DNA of 64,000 bases, from assembly GCA_963749075.1 (NCBI GenBank), contig CAVVLJ010000004.1:160001-224000 (forward strand), read 5' to 3'. The stretch's first letter is position 1. Every line of letters starts with the position of its first letter. A program made the position numbers and the translations under genes. Positions 1 to 8,100 of this stretch are shown piece after piece. Under the pieces are notes generated by a model. The model saw only the letters and a list, made by a program, of their open reading frames with translations, was not told the origin of the DNA and searched no databases. The DNA is from an uncultured Pseudomonadota bacterium. Lineage in GTDB: Bacteria; Pseudomonadota; Alphaproteobacteria; JACZXZ01.

Positions 1-133
1 CCGCGGCTCCATTCCTTGCCCTCTCGGCGCCTTCGAACCTAAGCTCCGCTGCGCACGAGACCGGTTGCAAGGCGTGGACGGGGAGCGCCTTGGCCGAGCG
101 GCCGGACGATGTGGGGATGAGCGGGGGACTGGC

Positions 134-1423
134 ATGGCAGCGGGGAAGACGAACGGCGAAGCGGCTCGCACCGGCGCGATAGCGCCGCGCAACGTCGCGG
201 TGATCGGTGCCGGCATCCTCGGCATGAGCACGGCGCTTCATCTTCAGCGCGATGGCCATCGGGTCACCGTGATCGACGGCCGCGCGCCGGGGACGGCGAC
301 CTCGTTCGGCAACGGCGGCGGCATCGTGACGGGAGCCGTCACGCCGACGAGCACGCCCAAGCTGTGGAAGCAGATTCCCTCGATGCTGCTCAATCCGACG
401 CACGGCGCCCGCGTGCGTTGGCGCTATCTGCCCCGGCTCGCTCCCTGGCTCGCACGCTTCCTCCTGGCCGGCCGGCCGGCCCGCGTGGAGGAGATCGCGC
501 GGGCGCTGAAGCCCCTGGTTACGCGCGCCTATATCGCCCATCGCGAGCTCCTGGCTCTCGCGGGCGTCCACGACGTGGTGCGCCCGGTCGGGTGGCTCAA
601 GGTTTACGAAAAGGAAGCGGGCTTCGCCGACAGCGCGCTCGAGCGCCGGCTGATGGCCGAGCACGGCATCAAGTTCGACGTGCTCGGTCCCGACGAGCTG
701 CGCCAGCTCGAGCCGCATCTGGCTCCGCGTTACGTCAAGGGCGTGTTCCAGCCCGACAGCGCATTCGTAAGCCAGCCGATCCGTCTCGTCGAAGGCTATG
801 CGCGCCACTTCCTGGCAAGCGGCGGGCGTATCCTGCAAGAAGAGGTGCGCAAGCTCGAGCCGCTCGAGGGCAAGGGCGTCCGCGTGCGCTCGGAGCTCGG
901 CATCCGGCAATTCGATCTCGTCGTCGTGGCGGCGGGAGCCTGGTCGCGGCGGTTTGCGGCGCAGATCGGCGATCGCGTTTCCCTCGATACCGAGCGCGGC
1001 TATCATCTCAACATCGAGCCCGGCGATGCCGGCGAGCTCAGGCGGCCGGTTGTGTTCCCGGAGCGCTGGTTTGCGCTGGTGCCCATGCAGGACGGCTTTC
1101 GCCTCACCAGCGGGGTCGAGCTCGCCGGGCTCGAGGCACCGCCCGATTTCACCTCGATCTACAAGCTGCTGCCCGCCGCCCGCGAGGCGATGCCCGGTCT
1201 CAGCGGCCGCGTGACCCGCGAGTGGATGGGATACCGTCCGTCCACGCCGGATTCCCTGCCGGTGATCGGCCGCTCGCCGCACTGCGCGTCGGTCATCTAC
1301 GCCTTCGGTCACGGGCATCTCGGATTGACGCTGGGGCCGATCACCGGGAAACTGGCGGCGGCGCTGGTCTCCGGCCGGCAGCCGGAGATCGACTTGGCAC
1401 CCTACCGCCCGGATCGCTTCTGA
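134..1423 (+). CDS. FAD-dependent oxidoreductase, D-amino acid dehydrogenase (DadA/DAO) family
   Basis: Rossmann motif VAVIGAGILG, TSFGNGG, C-terminal WMGYRPSTPDSLPVIG and AFGHGHLGLTLG; ATG at 134 preferred over TTG at 65. Confidence 0.88.
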   Translation: MAAGKTNGEAARTGAIAPRNVAVIGAGILGMSTALHLQRDGHRVTVIDGRAPGTATSFGNGGGIVTGAVTPTSTPKLWKQIPSMLLNPTHGARVRWRYLPRLAPWLARFLLAGRPARVEEIARALKPLVTRAYIAHRELLALAGVHDVVRPVGWLKVYEKEAGFADSALERRLMAEHGIKFDVLGPDELRQLEPHLAPRYVKGVFQPDSAFVSQPIRLVEGYARHFLASGGRILQEEVRKLEPLEGKGVRVRSELGIRQFDLVVVAAGAWSRRFAAQIGDRVSLDTERGYHLNIEPGDAGELRRPVVFPERWFALVPMQDGFRLTSGVELAGLEAPPDFTSIYKLLPAAREAMPGLSGRVTREWMGYRPSTPDSLPVIGRSPHCASVIYAFGHGHLGLTLGPITGKLAAALVSGRQPEIDLAPYRPDRF

Positions 1424-1457
1424 CCGCCGACTGCTATTGTCCACCGTCACGGGTGTC

Positions 1458-2204
1458 ATGGCCTACGATGTTCCGCAGAACGTGGTTGCTGAGCTGGCGC
1501 CGAGCGGCACGCTGCGCGCGGCGATCAATTTCGGCAATTCCGTGCTCGCGCAAAAGGACCCCGCGAGCGGCGAGCCGCGCGGCGTCTCGCCGGCGCTGGC
1601 GCGCGAGCTCGCCCGGCGGCTGGGCGTTGCCGTCGAATTCGTGGCCTTCGATGCAGCCGGCAAGGTGTTCGAGGCACTCCAGGCCGGTGCGTGGGACGTG
1701 GCGTTCCTCGCCATCGATCCGGTCCGCGCCGCCGCGATCGATTTCACGGCACCCTATGTCGTGATCGAGGGGACCTACGTCGTCCCGCAAAGCTCCCCCT
1801 TGCGCGCGATTCCGGACGCCGACCGCGATCGCGTGCGCATCGCCGTCGGGCGGGGGAGCGCCTACGACCTCTACCTCACGCGCAGCTTGAAGCATGCCAC
1901 GCTGATCCGCGAGCCGAGCGCCCACGAAGCCTTCGGCCGCTTCCTCGAAGACCGGCTTGAAGCCTTGGGCGGCGTGAGGCAGCCGCTCGCCGCCTTCGCC
2001 GCGAGCCGTCCCGACATTCGCGTGATCTCCGGCCGCTTCATGGTCATCGAGCAGGCCATGGGCACGCCCAAGGGCCGCGCGTCGGGTGCCCGGTACTTAT
2101 GCGAATTCGTCGAGGCGATGAAGGCCTCGGGCTTCGTCGCCAAGGCGCTCGCCGAAAGCGGCCAGGCCGACGCCGCCGTAGCACCGCCAGCGCCGCTCAA
2201 GTGA
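1458..2204 (+). CDS. ABC transporter substrate-binding protein, polar amino acid (family 3) type
   Basis: ELAPSGTLRAAINFGN, WDVAFLAIDPVRA, IDFTAPYVVIEGTY are typical of this subfamily; no obvious signal peptide. Confidence 0.8.
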   Translation: MAYDVPQNVVAELAPSGTLRAAINFGNSVLAQKDPASGEPRGVSPALARELARRLGVAVEFVAFDAAGKVFEALQAGAWDVAFLAIDPVRAAAIDFTAPYVVIEGTYVVPQSSPLRAIPDADRDRVRIAVGRGSAYDLYLTRSLKHATLIREPSAHEAFGRFLEDRLEALGGVRQPLAAFAASRPDIRVISGRFMVIEQAMGTPKGRASGARYLCEFVEAMKASGFVAKALAESGQADAAVAPPAPLK

Positions 2205-2360
2205 CGGCGCACATGGCGGCCCAGGCCGGCGCGCGCGAATTGCGCCCGGCCTTCACGGCCCTCGCCCGCCGGACTATGATGAGCGCCGCGCAATCGCCGG
2301 GGATGCAGGAGGCCATCATGCCGAGGTTCCATTTCATGCTACCGTGCGTGGAGCGGCCTC

Positions 2361-3248
2361 GTGCAGCGGCCCGCTCCGCATCCGGCATTCGCCCTGCTCC
2401 GTTGTCCGGTCTGCCGGCTTGACTTAGCACCGCTAGGGCGCTCGCTCGCCTGCCGCAACGGCCACGGCTTCGATCTCGCGAAGTCGGGCTACGTCAACCT
2501 CATGGGGGGCGGTCACCGCCTTCCCGCTGCCGGCGGGGAAGGGCGGGGGCAGCTCGCACGGCGCGAGGCCTTCCTCGCGAGGGGCCATTTCGATGCCGTC
2601 GCGAAGGCGATCGCGCGCGAAAGCGCGGCGTCATGCGGCATCGCACGCGGCAGGCGGCTCGGCATCTTGGACGCCGGCTGCGGCAGCGGACATCACCTCG
2701 CCCGCGTCGCCGAGCGCCTTAGCGGCGGTGCAGGGATGCCCTGCCATGGCCTCGGGATCGACATCTCCAAGGAGGCGGCGCGCTCAGCCGCACGTCGCCG
2801 CAAGGGGCTGGCCTTTGCGGTCGCGGACATCTGGAGGGAGTGGCCAGTGCGCAGCGGCGCCGTCGATCTGCTGATCAGCGTCTTTGCGCCGAAGAACTTC
2901 GCGGAAATGGCGCGCGTGCTGGCGCCCGGCGGACTTCTCGCCATCGCCTATCCGGGGCCCGGGCACTTGGCCGAGCTCCGCCGTCCATTCCGCTTGATGG
3001 GCATGCGGGAGGACAAGGCCGCGCGCTATCTCGCCGAGGCAAGGCGGCATTTCCGCGAAACGCGATGCGAGGCGATCCAGCGCCGGATGGCGCTCGGCCG
3101 GGAGGAGGTGCTGGATGCGATCCTGATGGGACCCAACGCCGCGCACCTCCCGGCTGAGAGCATCCCCGAGTGGTCCGGGACGAGGCCCGTGACTTTCGCG
3201 GTCGAGCTGCTCTTCGCGCGGCAGCGCAGCGGTGCTAACGCAGCTTGA
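2361..3248 (+). CDS. rlmA: RlmA-like 23S rRNA m1G methyltransferase
   Basis: N-terminal Zn finger CPVC..C.NGH.FD.AK.GYVNL, SAM motif LDAGCGSG, G.DISK, PGPGHL.EL, MGPNA. Confidence 0.8.
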   Translation: MQRPAPHPAFALLRCPVCRLDLAPLGRSLACRNGHGFDLAKSGYVNLMGGGHRLPAAGGEGRGQLARREAFLARGHFDAVAKAIARESAASCGIARGRRLGILDAGCGSGHHLARVAERLSGGAGMPCHGLGIDISKEAARSAARRRKGLAFAVADIWREWPVRSGAVDLLISVFAPKNFAEMARVLAPGGLLAIAYPGPGHLAELRRPFRLMGMREDKAARYLAEARRHFRETRCEAIQRRMALGREEVLDAILMGPNAAHLPAESIPEWSGTRPVTFAVELLFARQRSGANAA

Positions 3249-3439
3249 GCCGCCGCCCCTCGGGCCTCCGGCGCACCAATGGCTCGCTTATGGTCCGCCT
3301 TCGGGCGGGTCGGCTTCAGTTCGGTCCTCATCATGGGACGGATTGTCTATCGAGCTCCGCACTGCAGGCCGCGATTGCGTCTTGGTTCGAATTTCTGCGT
3401 TGGGCGGCCTTGCGGACATAGGGCCGCTCCCCAGCATGG

Positions 3440-3555
3440 GCCGTTCATGGCACGGAAGCGAAGTTCAGCCGCGTCCGCTTGTCGGCCGCCGTTAAGGGGT
3501 GAGCGGATTGGGCACGGACATACTGCAATTGGTGCCGTTGACCCGTATCGGACAC
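3440..3555 (+). repeat. Tripartite boundary element, copy 1
   Basis: TGGCAC at 3448, GCCGCCGTT at 3485 (+37), TGACCC-gtat-CGGACA at 3539 (+91). Confidence 0.65.
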
Positions 3556-3855
3556 GCGGACTGCCAATAGCTGATCGTGAATCTCGTCCTCTGTCGCAGC
3601 CGCTGGCGGGTGCGGGGCGCAAGAGCTATTCCGAATGTCTCGGCCTGGAAGGCGGCGCAAGGGTGAGTCCTGCCGCGAGTACGCCGGCATGGTCTCCCGC
3701 CGGGAGAACCGGGCCGAGGAAAACTCGTAACAATTTCATTACGGATGCCGATGTAGTCTCCACAGCGTGCGCGATTTCCTGCTTTGGCCGAGATACCGAT
3801 TCTTCCCGGGCGAGAAAGTTGGCCAGGGCCGGGCCTGCGCGGTAAGGAGGCTACG

Positions 3856-4164
3856 ATGATATTTCGGATCGCACGCATCGCGACGCCGTCGATGGCGAAA
3901 TACGCCGCCGTCGCCGTTGCCGCTGTCATCGCGCTCTGGGGCTATGACGGTGCGACGTCCGCCCAGCAGCAGCTGGCACCGGCCGGGCGCACCGCCCGGC
4001 AGGCCTGCGTCGCCGACTACCGCGCGCTATGTCCGGGCGTGCATCCCGGCGGCGGCCGCATCATCGCCTGCTTCCGGCAGCATGCCGGCCAGCTGTCAAC
4101 GGGCTGCAAGGAGGCTCTGGCCGCCGCCAAGGCAGCACGGCCGAAGCCCCCGTCCGGCTCCTGA
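3856..4164 (+). CDS. Small secreted cysteine-rich repeat protein
   Basis: SD AAGGAGG 3844-3850; signal-like N-terminus; AC.ADY..LC.GV.PGGGRII.C......LS..C pattern. Confidence 0.75.
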   Translation: MIFRIARIATPSMAKYAAVAVAAVIALWGYDGATSAQQQLAPAGRTARQACVADYRALCPGVHPGGGRIIACFRQHAGQLSTGCKEALAAAKAARPKPPSGS

Positions 4165-4278
4165 GCAACCGCTCACGAGGAGAACCGCATCGTCGGGAGC
4201 GCCCACCTATTCCCGGTGGCCAGCGGCGGGATCGCCTTGCTCGCTTGAGATCACCAGGATGACGACGGCACGAACGCG

Positions 4279-4758
4279 TTACTTGCGGTCGTAGACGTTG
4301 ACGTAGGTGACCGAGTGGCCCTTGCCATCGCTCTCTGTACCGTGGCAACTCATCTTCTTGCGATCTACGGAGAGCGAGCAGCTCGAGCGGTCGCTGCTGC
4401 CGTCCGCGCTCGCAGAGACACTATCGAGTTTGGTCGCCGTGACGGTGAAGGCCGTCGTCGAGCCATCGGTCGAGCCGGGAATCGGGACAGGCTTACCGTC
4501 GCCGGCGCCGTTAAAAGACTGAACATGGCGCTCGCCCTGGGCGTCGATCACGGTCAAGGTCCACACCACACGCGCAGGATCGGCGCTCGTGACGTTGAGC
4601 ACCATCTCGCGCGGCACCGGTTCGCCCGCCGCGCTTGTCGACTCCGCTTTGTTCCAATGCCACTCGCCCACGAACGGGCCGGACTCGGCGGCAGGGGCGG
4701 CCGCCGACGCACACGTCGTCAAAGTCAGTATTCCGGCAACGATCAAGCGGTTTCGCAT
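4279..4758 (-). CDS. Hypothetical secreted protein (probable beta-rich fold)
   Basis: GAAAGAGGGA upstream; signal peptide MRNRLIVAG..AAAPAA; PFVGEWHWNKAES and terminal VYDRK resemble lipocalin-like small barrels. Confidence 0.65.
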   Translation of the reverse strand: MRNRLIVAGILTLTTCASAAAPAAESGPFVGEWHWNKAESTSAAGEPVPREMVLNVTSADPARVVWTLTVIDAQGERHVQSFNGAGDGKPVPIPGSTDGSTTAFTVTATKLDSVSASADGSSDRSSCSLSVDRKKMSCHGTESDGKGHSVTYVNVYDRK

Positions 4759-5014
4759 CGGACGTCCCTCTTTCTGCATCCTCGACACAGGCAGCCGATT
4801 GTGCCCGGCACCGGGTATTCGCGCCAGTAGGCACATGCAACGCGGGAGGCGCGGCGCATTTCGGCCCGACCGGGATACGGGCGAGGCCCGGTGTCCCCGC
4901 GGCGGGAAGGCGATCTCCGGCAACTCGGGAAAAAACAGAGTTTTGTAGCGAGTTGGCTCTAACCCCCGGATGAAGGATGTCGACCCCCGCTCGCTCATCG
5001 GCTCAAAGACCCCT

Positions 5015-5093
5015 CCACAACTTCCGGAGTTCGTCGCCGAGGCGACAGGGAGCAAATGGCACCGTTCTTCCCGCCATGACCCGAACCGGACAT
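5015..5093 (+). repeat. Tripartite boundary element, copy 2 (units 2 and 3)
   Basis: TCCGGAGTT at 5023 and TGACCC-gaac-CGGACA at 5077 (54 bp apart, the same spacing as copy 3). Confidence 0.6.
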
Positions 5094-5107
5094 GGAGCGG
5101 CACCCGT

Positions 5108-6100
5108 TCATTCGATCACCTCGTCGGCCTGTGCCAGCAGGATCGTCGGCATGGTGAGGCCGAGCGCCTTGGCGGCCTTGAGATTGATAACCAGCTCGAA
5201 CTTGGTCGGCTGCTGCACGGGAAGCTCGGCCGGCTTCGCTCCCTTGAGAATACGATCGACGTATCCTGCCGACCGGCGGAATATATCGAGGACATCCGGG
5301 CTGTATGACATCAGTCCACCCTCGACGACGAATTGCCGGTATACCGAGATGCCCGGCAGCCGGTTTTCCGCAGCGAGCTCAGCGACCATGTGCATATGGT
5401 CGAGCATGAACGGCTCGGGCCCGATGATCAGGCTCGTGCCTGGGGTGCGGGCCAGCGCCTCGATCGTCGTTTGCAGATCGTCGACCCTGTTAACGGTCGC
5501 CGGAACGAGTTCCATCGCAACCGATTGAGGCGTGGCTGCAAGTTCCCGCAGGAAATTGGTGTATTGCGGGATGAGCTTGGGATTGTACAGCAGGGCCGCG
5601 CGCTTGACCCCCGGTGCGGCATCCTTGATCAGCGCCGTCCATTTTCCGATCAGTTCCGGATCGATGAAGGTGAATCCGGTGATATTGCCGCCCGGGTGCC
5701 GTAGGCTGTCGACGAACCCCAAACCAACGGGATCTATGACCAGAGCACAGACGATCGGGATGGAGCGGGTCAGCGATTTGAGCTCCGCCACGACCGGCGT
5801 GCCATTGGCGAGGATGACGTCGGGCGCGAGTGCAATCAGTTCCTGCGCGTACCGGCGAACGAGATCAGCCTGGCCGGCGGCCCAGCGGTACGCGATACGG
5901 ATGTTCCGGCCGTCTTGCCAGCCAAGCGCCCGCAGGCCTTGCTGGAATGCGGCGATGCGCGGCTTGGAGGCAGGGTCGTTTTCGGCGACCGACATCAGCA
6001 CGCCCAGCTTGCGCAAGGCCTGAGGCTGCTGCGAGCGCGCCGCGAACGGCCAAGCAACCACAGCGCCGCCGAGCAAAGCGATGAGGTCGCGCCGCCTCAT
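5108..6100 (-). CDS. ABC transporter substrate-binding protein (ABC_sub_bind, 'MRRR...ADEVIE' family)
   Basis: MRRRDLIALLGGAVVAWP start, SL.HPGGNITG, GGLMSY, ILKGAKPAELPVQQPTKFELVINLK, ADEVIE end. Confidence 0.9.
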   Translation of the reverse strand: MRRRDLIALLGGAVVAWPFAARSQQPQALRKLGVLMSVAENDPASKPRIAAFQQGLRALGWQDGRNIRIAYRWAAGQADLVRRYAQELIALAPDVILANGTPVVAELKSLTRSIPIVCALVIDPVGLGFVDSLRHPGGNITGFTFIDPELIGKWTALIKDAAPGVKRAALLYNPKLIPQYTNFLRELAATPQSVAMELVPATVNRVDDLQTTIEALARTPGTSLIIGPEPFMLDHMHMVAELAAENRLPGISVYRQFVVEGGLMSYSPDVLDIFRRSAGYVDRILKGAKPAELPVQQPTKFELVINLKAAKALGLTMPTILLAQADEVIE

Positions 6101-7077
6101 TCGATCGCCTCGTCGGCAGTGCCGAGCAGAACCGGCGGGATGGTCACGCCGAGCGCCTTGGCGGTCTTGAGATTGATCACCAGCTCGAACTTGGTCGGCT
6201 GCTGGACCGGAAGATCGGCGGGCTTCTCGCCCTTGAGAATCCGGCCGGTATACACGCCAGCCAAACGGAACGAGTCAGCCAGGCTGGTTCCGTAGGTCAT
6301 CAAGCCACCCGCCATTGCGAACTCGCGCCAACCGAAGATCGCCGGGACGGCGTGGCGAAGCGCCAGCCCGGTGAGTTGCTCGGCCCTACTGGTGAAAAAC
6401 GGGTCCCCGCCGATGACGAGTCCGCCCATCCCTTGGCGGACGACGCTGGCGAATGCCGCTTCAATCTCCTTATCGGTGCTCGCATTTAGGATATCGAGCT
6501 GCACCCCAACGGCAAGGGCCGCTGTGCGCAGGTCGCTCACGATGGATTCGGCACGTGTGGGGCTGGTCGGGTTAACGAGCACGGCAATCGTTGTCGCCGC
6601 AGGGACCGCCTCGTGCAGCAGCTCCAGCCGCTTCGGCCCTAGCTCCACATCGAATACGCTCACGCCGGTAATGTTGCCGCCCGGTCGGTTAAGGCTTGCG
6701 ACAAGTCCTGTTTCGACCGGATCGAACCCGCCCACGAAGACAATTGGTATTGTGGCGGTTGCTGCCTTTGCCGCCCGTGCACCAGCGCCATTTGTCGCAA
6801 TCACGGCGACCCGATGACGAACAAGATCCGCCGCGAGCGCGGGCAGTCGATCATATTGATTCTCCGCGAAGCGGTATTCGATCGCCACGCTCCGGCCGTC
6901 GATATAGCCGGCTTCTTGCAGGCCCCGGCGGAACGCGGCCAAGAGGTGTGGGGCCTCGCCAGGCCCTCTGGTGCCGAGAAACCCGACCACCGGCATCGCC
7001 GTCTGCTGCGCGCGCGCCGCGAGTGGCCACCCGACTGCTACGCCACCGAGCAGCGCGATGAAATTCCGGCGCCTCAT
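6097..7077 (-). CDS. ABC transporter substrate-binding protein, tandem paralogue
   Basis: Same motifs (SLNRPGGNITG, PADLPVQQPTKFELVINLKTAKALG, ADEAIE); ATGA overlap with the downstream paralogue. Confidence 0.9.
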   Translation of the reverse strand: MRRRNFIALLGGVAVGWPLAARAQQTAMPVVGFLGTRGPGEAPHLLAAFRRGLQEAGYIDGRSVAIEYRFAENQYDRLPALAADLVRHRVAVIATNGAGARAAKAATATIPIVFVGGFDPVETGLVASLNRPGGNITGVSVFDVELGPKRLELLHEAVPAATTIAVLVNPTSPTRAESIVSDLRTAALAVGVQLDILNASTDKEIEAAFASVVRQGMGGLVIGGDPFFTSRAEQLTGLALRHAVPAIFGWREFAMAGGLMTYGTSLADSFRLAGVYTGRILKGEKPADLPVQQPTKFELVINLKTAKALGVTIPPVLLGTADEAIE

Positions 7078-7120
7078 TCGATCACCTAGTCCGTTCGGGC
7101 GAGCAGCTCGGGCGCGACAC
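7074..7120 (-). pseudogene. 3'-terminal remnant of a third substrate-binding paralogue
   Basis: Reads VAPELLARTD*VIE* (GAG>TAG), matching the family end LLA.ADEVIE*; overlaps the next ATG. Confidence 0.7.
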
Positions 7121-7229
7121 GGGGCGCCTTATCGAACCGCTCACAGAGAGGGCTTGAACCATAGCAGGAGGTGCCCGTCATGAATAGACGCGGCATATAA
7201 TTCGCTCCCCGTGACCGTGCGCGGCTTAC

Positions 7230-7346
7230 GTCTGTTCGTGGCACCTTGCGGCGACCCCAGCAGCATGCGGGCGCGTCCGGAGTTGAAGGAATAGCTGGCG
7301 CGCCGCTGACGTGGTCGCATGGCCCAGGATGACCCCTTTCGGACAT
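7230..7346 (+). repeat. Tripartite boundary element, copy 3
   Basis: TGGCAC 7239, TCCGGAGTT 7276 (+37), TGACCC-cttt-CGGACA 7330 (+91). Confidence 0.65.
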
Positions 7347-7658
7347 TTGCTGATTCAAATAGGGGCCCGTCGCATGGCGACCTATCTGGCCAAGGCGTAG
7401 CCGGACGAGTCTTGTTCTCTACCAAAGGCGGTCGACTGACCCGACATCTTTTATATGTTTGATACTCGGCCGGCATTGGTCGCTGTTGGCCGAGTCAGTT
7501 GACCTGGTTCGTCTCGCGCCAGATAACTCATGACGGGCGGCTTCCCTGACACAAGCCGTGTAAGACAAACCCGCTATGTCGGACCGCGCGTCCAGGGCGA
7601 TGGGCAATTGGGCGACCAAGACGTTCTGCATCGAACGGCTTCGGCAAAAGCCGCAGCG

Positions 7659-7808
7659 GCCGTAAGCCATACTAGGCCCGAGCCCCGCTATCCCCGCCAA
7701 TCTCTTGGCCGTGAAGAACGGTTCGAACGTGCCATCGATCACCTCACGTATCATCCCGACGCCACTATTCGCAACGAACATGGTGTCGTAGTCCCCGGCG
7801 CCGACTCC
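7659..7808 (-). pseudogene. Degenerate fragment of a histidine kinase HATPase domain
   Basis: ANSGVGMIREVIDGTFEPFFTAK..IAGLGPSMAYG aligns by eye with TDSGAGMAPEIQERVFEPFFTTK..SGLGLSMVYG of the intact kinase at 32991. Confidence 0.6.
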
Positions 7809-8100
7809 ATGAATCAAAGTGGGCACAGTGGACAATAGTTTCCTCATCCGATTAAGGATCATCGCGTGCACAAGGGGCAAATTGCCAAGTCGCCGCCGCG
7901 CGTGCTATATTTAACAATTCGTGTTGACCGGCAGGGTGGGGACGGACATGCGGTCAGTATCACCGCGGACAAGGCGGTGGCGCTCGGGTCTCCGATCATT
8001 CAGACATGGATTCCGATGTGACGGCACGGCGCTCATCGAACGGGGGCGTCAACAAGAATATTAAGTGCAAGGAATTTGAATACTCGCTAGGGGGGATACC

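Noticed and set aside
3440-7346. Classical integron attC sites
   Set aside because: No RYYYAAC...GTTRRRY ends, no intI gene, and cargo is in mixed orientation; only the general architecture is similar.
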